Shown here: piece after piece, positions 34,519-45,548 of the stretch
Position numbering within the stretch: the stretch's first letter is position 1
Layout: every line of letters begins with the position of its first letter
Source of the DNA: a virus
Strand: one strand, 5' to 3'
Length of the DNA: 64,000 bases
Virus record (IMG/VR): IMGVR_UViG_3300009183_000003
Coordinates: 2,724 to 66,723 of that record
The notes under the pieces: generated by a model
The model's database searches: none
Seen by the model: only the letters and a program-made list of their open reading frames with translations
What the model was told of the DNA's origin: nothing
Made by a program: the position numbers and the translations under genes

Positions 34519-36045
34519 ATGGCTTTTGGAACAGCTTCAAATAATGCGGTAGCAGCACCTGGCGGTCTTAATGGCTCCCTCTTATCGCTCTTTGACGCAA
34601 GTTATACAACAGGCTTATTAGTGCCTCACTACTTGCGTACACTTAAAAACAAATTCGGAGACAACGGTCTTTCTGACTTCCAACTTTTGATGGGATTAGG
34701 AATGAAGCGTGGTGTTCAGAACATCACAGGATGGCACTGGGAGAAGGGTCTTTATGACGCTCCAGTTATTTCTATTGGTGCTGTAGCAACGCCAGCGGCA
34801 GGTGCTACGATTCAAATCACTTCTGACACTACCGCAGGTGGTGGTCAAGTTCCTACTGTTGCCTCTACAAATCCACTTACTTTCTTGGGTAACAACTCAG
34901 GAGCGACTGTGGCTAACGGACAGGCTTACCTTGAGCAACCTTCTGCATTTACATATGCAAAAGTTGGTCAGATTTTGATGAACACTAGCAACGCTAACCT
35001 TCCTCAATACTTGGTTACAGCGGTTAACAACTCAACTAACGTAGTTGACTTGAAGCCAGTTTTAGCGGTTACTGCTGAGGCTGTTGTTGCAGGTGACATC
35101 TTCGTTGTAGTTGGTTCTGCATGGGACGAAGGAACAGACCAACCAATGTCTTCTCAATCTTTCTGGACTAAGTACAACTGGAAGACTCAAATCTTCAAAG
35201 AGACTTACCAACTTTCTGGTACTCAAAAAACTAACGCCCCACAGTGGATGGAAGTTGAGTACGGAGATGGCAAGACTAAGAAAATGAACGGATTCTTCTA
35301 CGAAGGTCAAGATGAGGCTGAATATCGTTTGATTAAGCAAATCGCTTTGTCAATGATTTTTGGAACTTCTGCGACTAACACAGGTGTTCCTCAAACATTC
35401 TCTGGTCTTGATAACGAGATTGCTTCTCGTGGATATTCTCACTCAGCAGGTGCAGTTGCAGGTTTTGATGTTTCTGACTTGCGTACCATTGCTAACGTAA
35501 TGAGCCGTAGATATTCAAGTAACTTGTTCTTGGCTTGGTTGACTAATGAATTGTACAGCAAGTTGAACACTAGCTTGAACAATATGACTAGTAACAACTA
35601 CCAAAACGCTAACTTGGTTAACGCTACTACTCAAAACATGGCTGACGTGTTCTTCGGTGGTAACATGGAGCAGACTGAGACTTTGTTCTCTACATTCTCT
35701 TGGCAGGCATTAAATGTTGACGGATACAACTTCGCTTTGAAACAAGCTCGTTTCATGCAAGATCCTGCAACTACTGCTGCTAACTATGGTGCTACTGCTC
35801 CTCTTCGTAACCGTGGATGGATTATCCCATTGAACAAAGTTCAAGACGCTGAAGGGGTTCTTCGTAACCGTATCGAGTTGGTTTACAAGGAGATGGACGG
35901 ATATAGCCGCTTCATGGAAATCACAGACGATGGACGTGCTTCTGCTCGTAAAATCGGACCAAGTGACGTTGCTCGTCTATACTTGTCATCTGACCTTGGA
36001 TTTGACTTCTTCACATTGGAGCAATTCACTCGTATCGTAGCCTAA
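34519..36045 (+). CDS. major capsid protein, crAss-like HK97 fold
   Basis: 508 aa; GSAWDEGT, TQIFKETY.LSG, GL...I..RG motifs; biased high-expression codons; followed by a terminator. Confidence 0.85.
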   Translation: MAFGTASNNAVAAPGGLNGSLLSLFDASYTTGLLVPHYLRTLKNKFGDNGLSDFQLLMGLGMKRGVQNITGWHWEKGLYDAPVISIGAVATPAAGATIQITSDTTAGGGQVPTVASTNPLTFLGNNSGATVANGQAYLEQPSAFTYAKVGQILMNTSNANLPQYLVTAVNNSTNVVDLKPVLAVTAEAVVAGDIFVVVGSAWDEGTDQPMSSQSFWTKYNWKTQIFKETYQLSGTQKTNAPQWMEVEYGDGKTKKMNGFFYEGQDEAEYRLIKQIALSMIFGTSATNTGVPQTFSGLDNEIASRGYSHSAGAVAGFDVSDLRTIANVMSRRYSSNLFLAWLTNELYSKLNTSLNNMTSNNYQNANLVNATTQNMADVFFGGNMEQTETLFSTFSWQALNVDGYNFALKQARFMQDPATTAANYGATAPLRNRGWIIPLNKVQDAEGVLRNRIELVYKEMDGYSRFMEITDDGRASARKIGPSDVARLYLSSDLGFDFFTLEQFTRIVA

Positions 36046-36072
36046 CCTTAGGTTATCTTATACTGTAATAAA

Positions 36073-36098
36073 AGGGGGAGGGGAAACTCTCCCCCCTA
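36073..36098 (+). terminator. GC-rich hairpin after the capsid gene
   Basis: GGGGGAGGG-GAAA-CTCTCCCCC; weak U tract. Confidence 0.6.
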
Positions 36099-36144
36099 AT
36101 TACAAAAACACACACAAAATAAAAACAATAATAAATTTACAACT

Positions 36145-37011
36145 ATGCTATTTCAAGATGGCCAAAAATTCATTTTAGATCAAGAGGATATTGACGAGTT
36201 GACCTCGGTTTTTCCTGAGTACATGACTAAGAAAAAAGCTGTTCGTATTACTTACAACGCTAATGTTGTGCAAAAGATTGAAACAAACAATCCAGCTGCA
36301 CCTTTTGTATTTTCAAAGCCTACATTTAGCATAAACCTTTCTAACACTTGGGTAGACTATAACACAGGTGAACAAAGAGAGATTCGCTTCTCGTACCTTC
36401 CTGCAAGATATCGTTCTGACGGTTCTTCTTACTTTGAAGATAATCATATCATTGTAGACCACTCTTTTGTATTTAAACCAGGGGAAGACATGGAACTACT
36501 TTGGTTCTGTTATAACTTTAGTAAGTTGTTTACAAACTCAAAAATTGGTCAAACATCATCTCCCTTCCAATTTATTATCCAGCACAAACTTGTTGAGCAG
36601 AAGACTAGCACAACTATGTCAGAAGCAAAAACTAAAGTTGCTTTAGGTGAATTGCCAAGTGATAAGTTAATTGCCTTTGCTAAAACATTTATGGTTGTTG
36701 ACGAGGAAGATACACAAGATGTTATTTTGGCAAAAATCTTCAGCACGATGGACTCAAACCTTGAGTTCAAGAAGTTTTTGATTTCAAAATTTGACAAGGA
36801 CGCTGTGGATGAGGATATTGTTTCTCTCGTAGAAAAGGCAATATCAACAGGTCTATTGAAGTCTAATGAAGATGGGGACCAGGTACTTATGGTGATTAAT
36901 GGCAAGGAAACTATCGTTGCCGACATCCCGTTTGACGCAAAAGGACTTCTAATCGCATACGTTTCTAAGGAGAAAAAGCTATACGCTCAGTTGAAGAAGG
37001 CTTTGTCTTAA
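36145..37011 (+). CDS. conserved-position structural-module protein after the MCP
   Basis: 288 aa; position matches the crAss-like head gene block. Confidence 0.55.
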   Translation: MLFQDGQKFILDQEDIDELTSVFPEYMTKKKAVRITYNANVVQKIETNNPAAPFVFSKPTFSINLSNTWVDYNTGEQREIRFSYLPARYRSDGSSYFEDNHIIVDHSFVFKPGEDMELLWFCYNFSKLFTNSKIGQTSSPFQFIIQHKLVEQKTSTTMSEAKTKVALGELPSDKLIAFAKTFMVVDEEDTQDVILAKIFSTMDSNLEFKKFLISKFDKDAVDEDIVSLVEKAISTGLLKSNEDGDQVLMVINGKETIVADIPFDAKGLLIAYVSKEKKLYAQLKKALS

Positions 37012-37032
37012 ACAAAAGATACAAATAATCTG

Positions 37033-37063
37033 AAATGGGGTACTTTTGTACCCTATTTTTTTT
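37033..37063 (+). terminator. intrinsic terminator abutting the next promoter
   Basis: GGGGTAC-TTTT-GTACCCT plus T tract running into TATCTTTG (37063-37070). Confidence 0.75.
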
Positions 37064-37088
37064 ATCTTTGTGTATAAATTAAAAGAAA

Positions 37089-38348
37089 ATGCCTACTACT
37101 CTAAGTTTTAACGTATCCACAAAAAAATACCAAGGAACAGCTACTCCATCAGCAACTGTTTACGCAAAGTTGACTGACCCGTCAGGTAATCTAATTTTGA
37201 ATAAGAGTACCGCTGGTAATGCTTTTATTACAGCTTCGACTACTTCCGCTTTGTACAACCTGCCCTTAGACACTTCGTCTAATGTTTTGCAAGGCACATA
37301 TACATTTGAGTATGGTGCAGTCGCAGGGATGGGTGCTGGAACTACTACTACAGTTTTGTACACTTACTCGGGTGTTAATATTGCTTGCCAAGAGTTCAAC
37401 GTAACTAATGATTGCAACTTTTATCCTAACGGACAAATTACTGCAACAGATTCTACGAGTTACGGACTTTGGACAGTTTCGAGTAAGAGTATTCGTTTAT
37501 ACTTTCCTGTCGGACTTATTCCTGCTCCTGTCGTTCCATACTACGAAACAACAACAGCATCAACTCTTGTGGTCAACACATTAGCTACAGGAATGTGGAC
37601 AGCGATACTAACAGCAAATTTAACAATCACTCAAGTTGACGGTTTAACAATAGTTGCTGTTCTAACAAAAACATTAAACCACAACGTAGCGTGTAACTCT
37701 CAACTATGTAGTGTTAACTCTGCACTTGACCAAATTACTGCGGCATATGCAGCTGACGTGGCTTGTGGATCTACAACTCCTCGTTACGCTCAAGAACTAA
37801 CTTTAGCCAATGCTTACTACACCCAATATCAAATTGAAAGATCTTGCGGAGACACTCTTGCGGCAGATAGGTATGCTGAAAAAATCACTTCGCTTCTTGG
37901 CGAGTCGAGTTCTTCTTGCGGTAGTTCTTGCGGTTGTAGTGACTCTAGTTGCTCTTGCGATACTTCTTGTGGTTGTAGTGGAGAAAACATTACACCTGAG
38001 TGGGTTAACAACACGTCAAGCGAGTCGGGATATAAATCATATGTAGCCTTAATGTCTCAAACAGGAACTGCTGCACCTACTGCTGTTGAGTTAGAAAATA
38101 GTTTAGGAAATATTGTTTGGACTAGAAATAGTGCAGGTATATATTACGGCACGTTGTCAGGAGCTTTCCCAATTACAAAAACATTTGCTCTCTCTATTCA
38201 AGGAGGTGGGTACGATGCAGACGTATTGATTGGTGGCGGTGGAGATAAATATAATTTAGTTAGATTAAATGATAATGTTTTAGTTTTATCTGCAACTGGA
38301 GACACTCTTTTAAATTACTCTCCCATAGAAATCAGAGTTTATAACTAA
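37089..38348 (+). CDS. virion structural protein with Cys/Ser-rich linker and C-terminal fibre-like domain
   Basis: T-rich beta N-terminus, helical middle, SCGSSCGCSDSSCSCDTSCGC, then YKSYVA...GT.APT..LEN.LG.IVW.R. Confidence 0.6.
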   Translation: MPTTLSFNVSTKKYQGTATPSATVYAKLTDPSGNLILNKSTAGNAFITASTTSALYNLPLDTSSNVLQGTYTFEYGAVAGMGAGTTTTVLYTYSGVNIACQEFNVTNDCNFYPNGQITATDSTSYGLWTVSSKSIRLYFPVGLIPAPVVPYYETTTASTLVVNTLATGMWTAILTANLTITQVDGLTIVAVLTKTLNHNVACNSQLCSVNSALDQITAAYAADVACGSTTPRYAQELTLANAYYTQYQIERSCGDTLAADRYAEKITSLLGESSSSCGSSCGCSDSSCSCDTSCGCSGENITPEWVNNTSSESGYKSYVALMSQTGTAAPTAVELENSLGNIVWTRNSAGIYYGTLSGAFPITKTFALSIQGGGYDADVLIGGGGDKYNLVRLNDNVLVLSATGDTLLNYSPIEIRVYN

Positions 38349-38357
38349 TAGAAGATT

Positions 38358-39107
38358 ATGAATCTTAACGACATACTAAATCAGGTTTACAACAAGATTG
38401 GTAAGGATGCTTATGGCAACCTTATTACCCCCGATATTTATAACGAGGCTATTGAGTATGTCAACATAGATAAGATTAACGACTTCTTAGAGGTGTACGA
38501 AGAGAACCAAGAGATTACCGACAACCTTCGTCCTTTTATAGTTACGCTTGGGGATAACGGAATTACTCCATTACCCCTCGATTCTTACGGATACGGCATT
38601 CTTCCCTCTGATTATTTAAGGTATGGAAGGGCGAGTCGTTACGACTACGAGAACACTTCTACCGGATCTAATCAAATCTATCGTCACGTTGAGATGTTGT
38701 CGAATAAGGATTTTTCTTACAGACTTTCCACATCTCTATTCTCTCCGAGTTTAGCGAGACCAGTGGCAACAATTCAAAACCAAAAGATTTTAGTTAGACC
38801 TCAAGGCATACCAACAATTAATTTAACTTACGTTAGATTCCCAAGCCAACCTGTGTTTGACTACGATATTATTACAGCATCGGGGATGCCGTACTACTTA
38901 GCCCCAGGAACTACTCATAGCAACTCTGCAACTCTAACTTGTAATCCAAACTTCTCCCCTGGAGACCCAAGTATAAGTGTTGAGTTTGAGTACACAGACG
39001 ATGTGTTGAACGACATTATAAACGAGTTGACTAAATACTTCATGATTAACTTAAAGGATCTTAACTCACTTGCAGTTATAGACATTGAAAAAGGATTAAC
39101 GCCATGA
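38358..39107 (+). CDS. tail ring/adaptor protein
   Basis: K...G.ITP..YN, LP.DY, LTYVR.P..P motifs of tail-tubular-type ring proteins. Confidence 0.7.
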   Translation: MNLNDILNQVYNKIGKDAYGNLITPDIYNEAIEYVNIDKINDFLEVYEENQEITDNLRPFIVTLGDNGITPLPLDSYGYGILPSDYLRYGRASRYDYENTSTGSNQIYRHVEMLSNKDFSYRLSTSLFSPSLARPVATIQNQKILVRPQGIPTINLTYVRFPSQPVFDYDIITASGMPYYLAPGTTHSNSATLTCNPNFSPGDPSISVEFEYTDDVLNDIINELTKYFMINLKDLNSLAVIDIEKGLTP

Positions 39108-39697
39108 CGAAAAGACAACTTATAGAATTAATACAGGAGCGTCTTGCTTCGGGTGATGTGCCTAACGATATCTTAGGTCGCTACAAGTATAACACTATTG
39201 CTGCTCTTTTGGACATTGTGTTCCAAGAGGCTTCAACTGCCGACAATGAGTTAACTCAAAACATGGCGGTGCCTTACGTTGTTAGTGTAACTTGTGCAAA
39301 CGGTAAGTACACAAGCACTTTACCAGTCTCTCCTATTGCAGGAAACAAGAGCGTGAAGTATGCTACAGACGATTGTTGTAACAACTACTTTGCTCGTCAG
39401 ACTGAGGACCAAAATATTTTCTTGAGTACAATTAAGAGAATGGGCAAGGCAGAATTTTATGTTCGTGGCAAGCAGGTGAATTGGACGGCAGAGCCTCTCT
39501 CTGACAGCATAACATTTTACATTATTCCGTCTTTTTTAGATTCAGAAGAAGATGATGAGGTTGTTATGCCGACAACTGTAGGCCCTATCTTTGCAAGAAT
39601 AATTGAGTTGATTAAGTCTACAGACGTAAGACCACAAGAAGTTATTAACAATACGGTTCAGGACAATGTCCCTCGCCCTACTAATTACTCCTCATAA
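39104..39697 (+). CDS. tail ring protein
   Basis: 197 aa between ring genes; LPVSPI motif. Confidence 0.6.
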   Translation: MTKRQLIELIQERLASGDVPNDILGRYKYNTIAALLDIVFQEASTADNELTQNMAVPYVVSVTCANGKYTSTLPVSPIAGNKSVKYATDDCCNNYFARQTEDQNIFLSTIKRMGKAEFYVRGKQVNWTAEPLSDSITFYIIPSFLDSEEDDEVVMPTTVGPIFARIIELIKSTDVRPQEVINNTVQDNVPRPTNYSS

Positions 39698-40443
39698 TGG
39701 AAGGAACTCCAATTAAAAACATTGAATACGTTGTTCAGTCATCTTTAAATAGGGTGAAGGGACAGACCGCTGAAATCCCTCGTGTGGAGCAAATTGCTAT
39801 AGAGTGGATGACAGAGGTTGTTAGAGGTACAACTCCTTTTCCTTGCATGAAGGTTGCTCACTTAAAGGTGAACAGTTTAATGCAAGCGGCCTTGCCTGCT
39901 GACTACATGAGATATTCAAAGATTGCCCTCAACTACGGAGGTCGATTAATCACCTTGGGTTTGGATGTGAACATGAACATTCCAACCACCATGCAGGCTA
40001 CAAATTTTGAACAAGTAAATAACAATGAGGCATCTACTAACCAAGGCGTTTTCTTTATCAACCACACTTGGAGGGGAACTTATTACCCTGCTCTATTCGC
40101 ATTGGGAGGTGGCTTTAATCAGGCTTATTATAGAATTGACCCTACTAATACTTTCATACAGTTAAGTAATGGAATAGATGGTAGCGATGTTGTGTTGGAG
40201 TATTTAAGCACAGGGATAGACGTAAATTCTCAAACCCTTGTTCCCCCATACTACTTAGAGCCGATGAGGAACTATATCATTTGGCAACTTGCTGAATTTG
40301 AACCTCAAAAATATCCTGTTAATCCTCAAAATAGAGAAAGAATTTATACCGAGTCTATGGCTGAAGCCGCAATGGCCCAAGGTAATACAATTGATGAGAT
40401 TTTGGACGCATACTATTCTGCTCCTGGACTAAAACTACGATAA
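39697..40443 (+). CDS. tail tubular ring protein
   Basis: LP.DY..YSKI, Y.ID.....I, VVLEYLS.G, YI.W motifs. Confidence 0.7.
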   Translation: MEGTPIKNIEYVVQSSLNRVKGQTAEIPRVEQIAIEWMTEVVRGTTPFPCMKVAHLKVNSLMQAALPADYMRYSKIALNYGGRLITLGLDVNMNIPTTMQATNFEQVNNNEASTNQGVFFINHTWRGTYYPALFALGGGFNQAYYRIDPTNTFIQLSNGIDGSDVVLEYLSTGIDVNSQTLVPPYYLEPMRNYIIWQLAEFEPQKYPVNPQNRERIYTESMAEAAMAQGNTIDEILDAYYSAPGLKLR

Positions 40444-40446
40444 GAT

Positions 40447-43400
40447 ATGTACCAACAAGGTGTCTTTTTTTACGGAGGTATGAATACTGACGATGAGGAT
40501 CGTCTTATCACAAATGGTGACTATCGAAGTGCTACATTCTCTCGGAACTATGGAGTAAACTCTCCTTCCGAAGGTGCTTTGCAGTCAATGACAGGCAACC
40601 TTTTACAAAATAACACAGCCCTACCAGGGGGTGTTAATATTTTAATCGGTGCTTGCGAAGATGTTGAGTATAAGGCATTAATTCTCTTTGTTTTCAATGA
40701 CCTTGGTCAGCATACAATTTGGAGGTACACTGTTGAAGATGCACAATATGAATTGATTCTTCAAAATTCAATTTTGAATTTTAAAAAAACAAACCAAATA
40801 TACCATGCCAATGTAGTCAACAACTTGCTGTATTGGACAGATAACTATTTCAATAGCTACACCGCTAATAATTTCAATCCTCCTCGTAAGATTAATATCC
40901 AAAAGGCAATCCTTTACACTCAGTCAGCAGGAACAAACCCTGATGGATATTCAGAGATTACTTTCAATAATTTAGACTGGATTAAACACCCACCTCTATT
41001 TTCTCCAATATTTGCATATAACTCAGACCCAACGGAGAATTCTAATAATTTGAAGAATAAGTTGTTTCAGTTTCGTTACCAGTATGTGTATGACGATAAC
41101 GAAGAGTCGGCATGGTCTCCAATCTCAGAAATGACTTTGCCTACCGCATCCGAATACATTGGTCAGACGGTTAATATCAACCCGTATATTGACAACAATA
41201 TACGCTTAGATATAAGCACCGGGTCTTCTATAGTTCGCTTAATTCGTGTGGCGTATAGAATCGGAAACACAGGAGAGTTTTTTTTGTACAAGGAATACGA
41301 CAAGACCCAATTAAGTTGGTCCAACTATACTACGGAAACAATTGATTTTAAGAACGAGACCTCTGGGCCTGCAATAAGCAACTCTGAAAGAAACTACGAC
41401 CTAATACCTCAAATTGCAAAAACAATTGAATATTTACCCTCTAATGAGTTTGCAATAGGTAACTACATCGAGGGTTATGACAAGCAAGAGATAACCGATG
41501 ACAATGTTGCTTTTGGTGTGGTTAGATATGAAATTGACGATACGGCATTTACCTACCCATTAGCATCGTATTTTAATGACTTCAATCCTAGCACGCCTGC
41601 TCCAAAAAAAGGTTTTTATGTTTTTTTTAATCCAATTGGAGATGATTTTTTTAAATATAGGTATCAAACAGGAGACATACTAATACTTCAATTAAAAGAT
41701 TATAGCATCTCTGCGCCAAATACGGTAGCTCCCGATTCTACTATTTATTTTACAGTTCCGTCTATTGATCCTGTTGTTTACACGACTGATTTGCAAAAGT
41801 TAAATCAATTATGCGCTTCTCTTCAGGCATACTTACTAACTATAGGCATATCATCATCAGTTGAAGCCCCTGGTTCGGCAACTGGACCATTTCCATCCGT
41901 AGCTTGGCCATCTTTAAAAATAACAGGAAAAACTTGGTATAACAGAACACAAGCGCAAGCTACGCAAACTACTAATGGTTCAATTATAGTTTTTCGTGAA
42001 AATAAATCAACAAGAACATTTAAATCAGGAGCAAAGCACGAGTTTGCTTTTCAATACTACGACAGGGCAAATAGAGACGGGACAGTTTTAACAGTTCCTG
42101 TTGGTGATGTGTACGTTCCGTTTAATACGGATTTAACCAATTCTTCACTTAACGGGCCTCTTGGATTAAACAAAAAGCCATATGTCAACACTATAAATGT
42201 ACTAATTAGCTCTACATATCGACCTCCAATATGGGCAGATACCTATCAAATACTCTATAAGCCTTCTACAAATATTTCTAACTTTCAACAGAGGTCGGTT
42301 AAAGAGGTGATATTTAATCCTGATTCAACAGCTAAACTTATTTTAGAAAATTACTATAAGGGAAATATTTTAGGAGCTTCAATAAATCAAACTCCATCAA
42401 AAGGAGATTTCGTACGTTTTGTTAGACAAAGAGCAACTTTTGATAAAGCAAAACCTTTAATAAACGCTTTTACAGCAAATGAAGTAAATCAACCTGTATC
42501 AGGCGTTGGCACATATGTTCTAAACTTATCATCTTATATTAGTGAAACTTATGACCCAAGTGGGAATATGTCAGCTGGAGTATTTACAGCTCCAAGTACA
42601 GGTCAGTATCAATTTCAAGGTGAAACAACATTATCTGTAAACTATGTAGCTTCTCCAATTCCAACAGATGCTTATGGCTATATAAGAATAGTTATAAACG
42701 GTGTTACAACTAACGATATCGGATTTACTTATACAGCACCGGGTAGTGTCCCGTTTTCATTCCCAATACTTATTGCAAACGAAACAATATCTTTAAATGC
42801 AGGAGATACAGTTCAATTTTATAGTGTTGTTATATTAAATGGAACAACCCCTGCTACTATAAATATTACCAATCAGTCTAGTTCGTATAGTATTTATTCA
42901 GTCGGTGCTGATTATGATAATTTTCAATATTACCCTAGTTATGTAACACAAGAGTCTAATTTAGAACAAGAGTTAAATGTTTTAAGTTATGACCCAGCAG
43001 GAGGGCCAGCAGGTGAAGAGGTTGTAGTCGTAAATAATTTTGACTCTAATCTACTTGGTCAGTATTTAGTGTTTAGTGGAACAAATACTAACAGAGCGAT
43101 ATGTACAGGTGGCTTCCAAATAGAAATTTATACCCCGAAATTAGAGAGTGAAAACGATCCTTGGTATGAAGTAGGTATAGAGTTTCCTATATTAAATGCC
43201 CACAGCAACTCAAGGCGTCATGCTGGTGATGTAAACCAAGTGTACGGCATTACAGACGGGGAGGTTTATTTAGATTGCGGAGATGTTTATATTCGCCAAA
43301 GAGTTATGTCTACAGGGTATCAATACGTTGGAGGCTCTGCTGATATTGGCGATGCAAACGATAACATTGGTGCTTGGTTCTGCGAGGACCCTCACTACTC

Positions 43401-44841
43401 TGACTTTTACACTTCCAATTGGAACAATAAGGGTCGCTTAGGACTATTCTCTCCATTTGCTAAACAACAACACTTAAAGTCATCTATTTATCACACTAAC
43501 GCTCTTATTGACAACACTCAAATTAACGGGTTAAGTCGAATTGAATTCTTTAACAACGTGGCGTTAAAAGATGAACATGGAGGTATAAACAAGTTGATGC
43601 AAATTGGAGACACTCTCAAGGCGTTTCAAGACAAAAAGATTACTTCTGTTTATATCCAAAAGGCATTTGCTCTTAACGGAGACGGCACTAATAATGTAAT
43701 CCTTTCCGACAAGACGTTTGCAGGTATTCGTCCCCACGATGATGACTACGGATGTATTCATCCAGGGTCTGTGTCCAAGGTTGAGAACAACGTATTCTTC
43801 TATGACTTTTATAACGCTGCTGTAGTTCAAGCTACTCAAGGTGGTTTAATAAATATTTGTGAGGGTGAACGTAAGTTTTCTGTTGGAATTCGTAATTTCA
43901 CTAATAACATAAGAAGTTACGAAACTCTCGCTGGAATGAACTCTAATGTAGTGTCTCACATCAATCGGTCTAACGGTGAGTACGCCTTGTACGCAGGAAC
44001 AAATATTGATGAGATACCTAACAGCGTTCAGTTTTTAACTTTTATTATCGATGCACCTAGTGAAGTTCGTATTGATGGTGATTTCACTTACCTATTTACA
44101 CCAGGGTCTACTTTCACAATAATTGGTGCCACATTTCCAAGTAATAACGGAACTCGCACTGTGACATCCTCGTCTCTTAATGTAGGTTTAAATAAAACTA
44201 TCGTTCTTGTGTCTCCTGGTTTTGTTTCTGACGAAAAACCTTCTCCCGGAACTCTTATTATCAGTCCAGAAATTAATATTTCTACTGAAGGAATTATTTA
44301 CTCTTTCAACAGACAGCGTTGGACATCTTATACAAATCACCCTGTTATATTTGCCTATCAGTTTGGTAATAGGGCATACACCTCAGGCGGTTCAATTTCG
44401 TCTAATATTGGTAAATTGTTTGAAGAGGATAAAGGGGCAACGGAGTTAACATTCTTTAGCGAAGGGGAAACTCAACAAATAGAGTTCTTGTTTAACCCCA
44501 ACCCAACGATAGTTAAAAGATTCTTGACCTTTACAACTCAGTCAAATATGCCGTTTAGTGTGGATGTTACAGTTCCTGCAACAAATCAGTACCCTTACGG
44601 AATGAGTTCCGACATCTCAATTGCTAATTTTAGAAATCAAGAGTCTTATTACGTCTCTAAATATTTTAGAGATAAAAATGATCCTAACCCATTTATAATA
44701 GGAGTTTTAAAAAGATTAAACGGAAGAGAGTTAAGAGGGTATGTTTTGAAACATAGTTTGACCAATACTGTGACAAATAAGAAAATGATATTGTTCTCAG
44801 CAAACGTGAACTTTGTACCATCAGAACCTATCATGCAATAA
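40447..44841 (+). CDS. tail stabilization/muzzle protein
   Basis: GGMNTD.E.RLI..GDY, LLYWTD...NPPRKIN, FQFRYQY.Y.D.E.SAWSP.S, YGC.HP.S; 1464 aa. Confidence 0.8.
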   Translation: MYQQGVFFYGGMNTDDEDRLITNGDYRSATFSRNYGVNSPSEGALQSMTGNLLQNNTALPGGVNILIGACEDVEYKALILFVFNDLGQHTIWRYTVEDAQYELILQNSILNFKKTNQIYHANVVNNLLYWTDNYFNSYTANNFNPPRKINIQKAILYTQSAGTNPDGYSEITFNNLDWIKHPPLFSPIFAYNSDPTENSNNLKNKLFQFRYQYVYDDNEESAWSPISEMTLPTASEYIGQTVNINPYIDNNIRLDISTGSSIVRLIRVAYRIGNTGEFFLYKEYDKTQLSWSNYTTETIDFKNETSGPAISNSERNYDLIPQIAKTIEYLPSNEFAIGNYIEGYDKQEITDDNVAFGVVRYEIDDTAFTYPLASYFNDFNPSTPAPKKGFYVFFNPIGDDFFKYRYQTGDILILQLKDYSISAPNTVAPDSTIYFTVPSIDPVVYTTDLQKLNQLCASLQAYLLTIGISSSVEAPGSATGPFPSVAWPSLKITGKTWYNRTQAQATQTTNGSIIVFRENKSTRTFKSGAKHEFAFQYYDRANRDGTVLTVPVGDVYVPFNTDLTNSSLNGPLGLNKKPYVNTINVLISSTYRPPIWADTYQILYKPSTNISNFQQRSVKEVIFNPDSTAKLILENYYKGNILGASINQTPSKGDFVRFVRQRATFDKAKPLINAFTANEVNQPVSGVGTYVLNLSSYISETYDPSGNMSAGVFTAPSTGQYQFQGETTLSVNYVASPIPTDAYGYIRIVINGVTTNDIGFTYTAPGSVPFSFPILIANETISLNAGDTVQFYSVVILNGTTPATINITNQSSSYSIYSVGADYDNFQYYPSYVTQESNLEQELNVLSYDPAGGPAGEEVVVVNNFDSNLLGQYLVFSGTNTNRAICTGGFQIEIYTPKLESENDPWYEVGIEFPILNAHSNSRRHAGDVNQVYGITDGEVYLDCGDVYIRQRVMSTGYQYVGGSADIGDANDNIGAWFCEDPHYSDFYTSNWNNKGRLGLFSPFAKQQHLKSSIYHTNALIDNTQINGLSRIEFFNNVALKDEHGGINKLMQIGDTLKAFQDKKITSVYIQKAFALNGDGTNNVILSDKTFAGIRPHDDDYGCIHPGSVSKVENNVFFYDFYNAAVVQATQGGLINICEGERKFSVGIRNFTNNIRSYETLAGMNSNVVSHINRSNGEYALYAGTNIDEIPNSVQFLTFIIDAPSEVRIDGDFTYLFTPGSTFTIIGATFPSNNGTRTVTSSSLNVGLNKTIVLVSPGFVSDEKPSPGTLIISPEINISTEGIIYSFNRQRWTSYTNHPVIFAYQFGNRAYTSGGSISSNIGKLFEEDKGATELTFFSEGETQQIEFLFNPNPTIVKRFLTFTTQSNMPFSVDVTVPATNQYPYGMSSDISIANFRNQESYYVSKYFRDKNDPNPFIIGVLKRLNGRELRGYVLKHSLTNTVTNKKMILFSANVNFVPSEPIMQ

Positions 44842-44870
44842 AATTTGTATATTTGATTAAAATTTAAGTT

Positions 44871-45530
44871 ATGGCAGGACTAGAAGGATTAGCAAAAGCA
44901 AACCCATATTTACAAGCGGCTGAAATAGCAGGCACGTTAGGTATGGGTACTTACCAACTTATTAAAGCGAAGCAACTCCAAAAGAAACTTGGGGACAGAC
45001 CAGTTTATGATTATACAGAGGCGAAGGCTGCTAATCAAGGTCAACTTGCCTTGGCTCAGGGAGAGGCTCCAGGACTTGCTCAACAGATGCAGGGTGTAAA
45101 CCAAACACTTGCAAATACAACTCAAAGTATTGCCAACATGGCACCATCGGGAGCAGCAGGATTAGGTGCTTTAGTTCAGGCAGGTGCAGGAACTCAACAA
45201 ACTGTTGCTGACCTACTTGCAAATGCGGCTCAACAGAAGTTGGGTCTTCAACAGAACTATTTGGCAGGAAAAGCGGCTAATCAACAATACGCAGACAAAG
45301 CGTTTGACATAAATAAAATGGACCCTTACACTCAAAAGGTAAACGAGATTGCTGCAATGAAGCAAGCAGGTCTTCAAAACATCGGAGGTGGTGTAAGCGC
45401 AGGTGTTGATATGTCATCTACAGCAGCGGCAAATGAAGCGTTAGCAAAGGGTCAAATAAAAGACAACGAAGCTATAACAGCAATGTTAATAAAATTAGGT
45501 CTTCTAAAAGAAGGTGATGTTACAAAATAA
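44871..45530 (+). CDS. internal virion/ejection protein (A/G/Q-rich)
   Basis: Amphipathic, glycine-zipper-like; own promoter TATATTTG 44848-44855. Confidence 0.6.
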   Translation: MAGLEGLAKANPYLQAAEIAGTLGMGTYQLIKAKQLQKKLGDRPVYDYTEAKAANQGQLALAQGEAPGLAQQMQGVNQTLANTTQSIANMAPSGAAGLGALVQAGAGTQQTVADLLANAAQQKLGLQQNYLAGKAANQQYADKAFDINKMDPYTQKVNEIAAMKQAGLQNIGGGVSAGVDMSSTAAANEALAKGQIKDNEAITAMLIKLGLLKEGDVTK

Positions 45531-45548
45531 ATAATCAAGAGAGATAAG

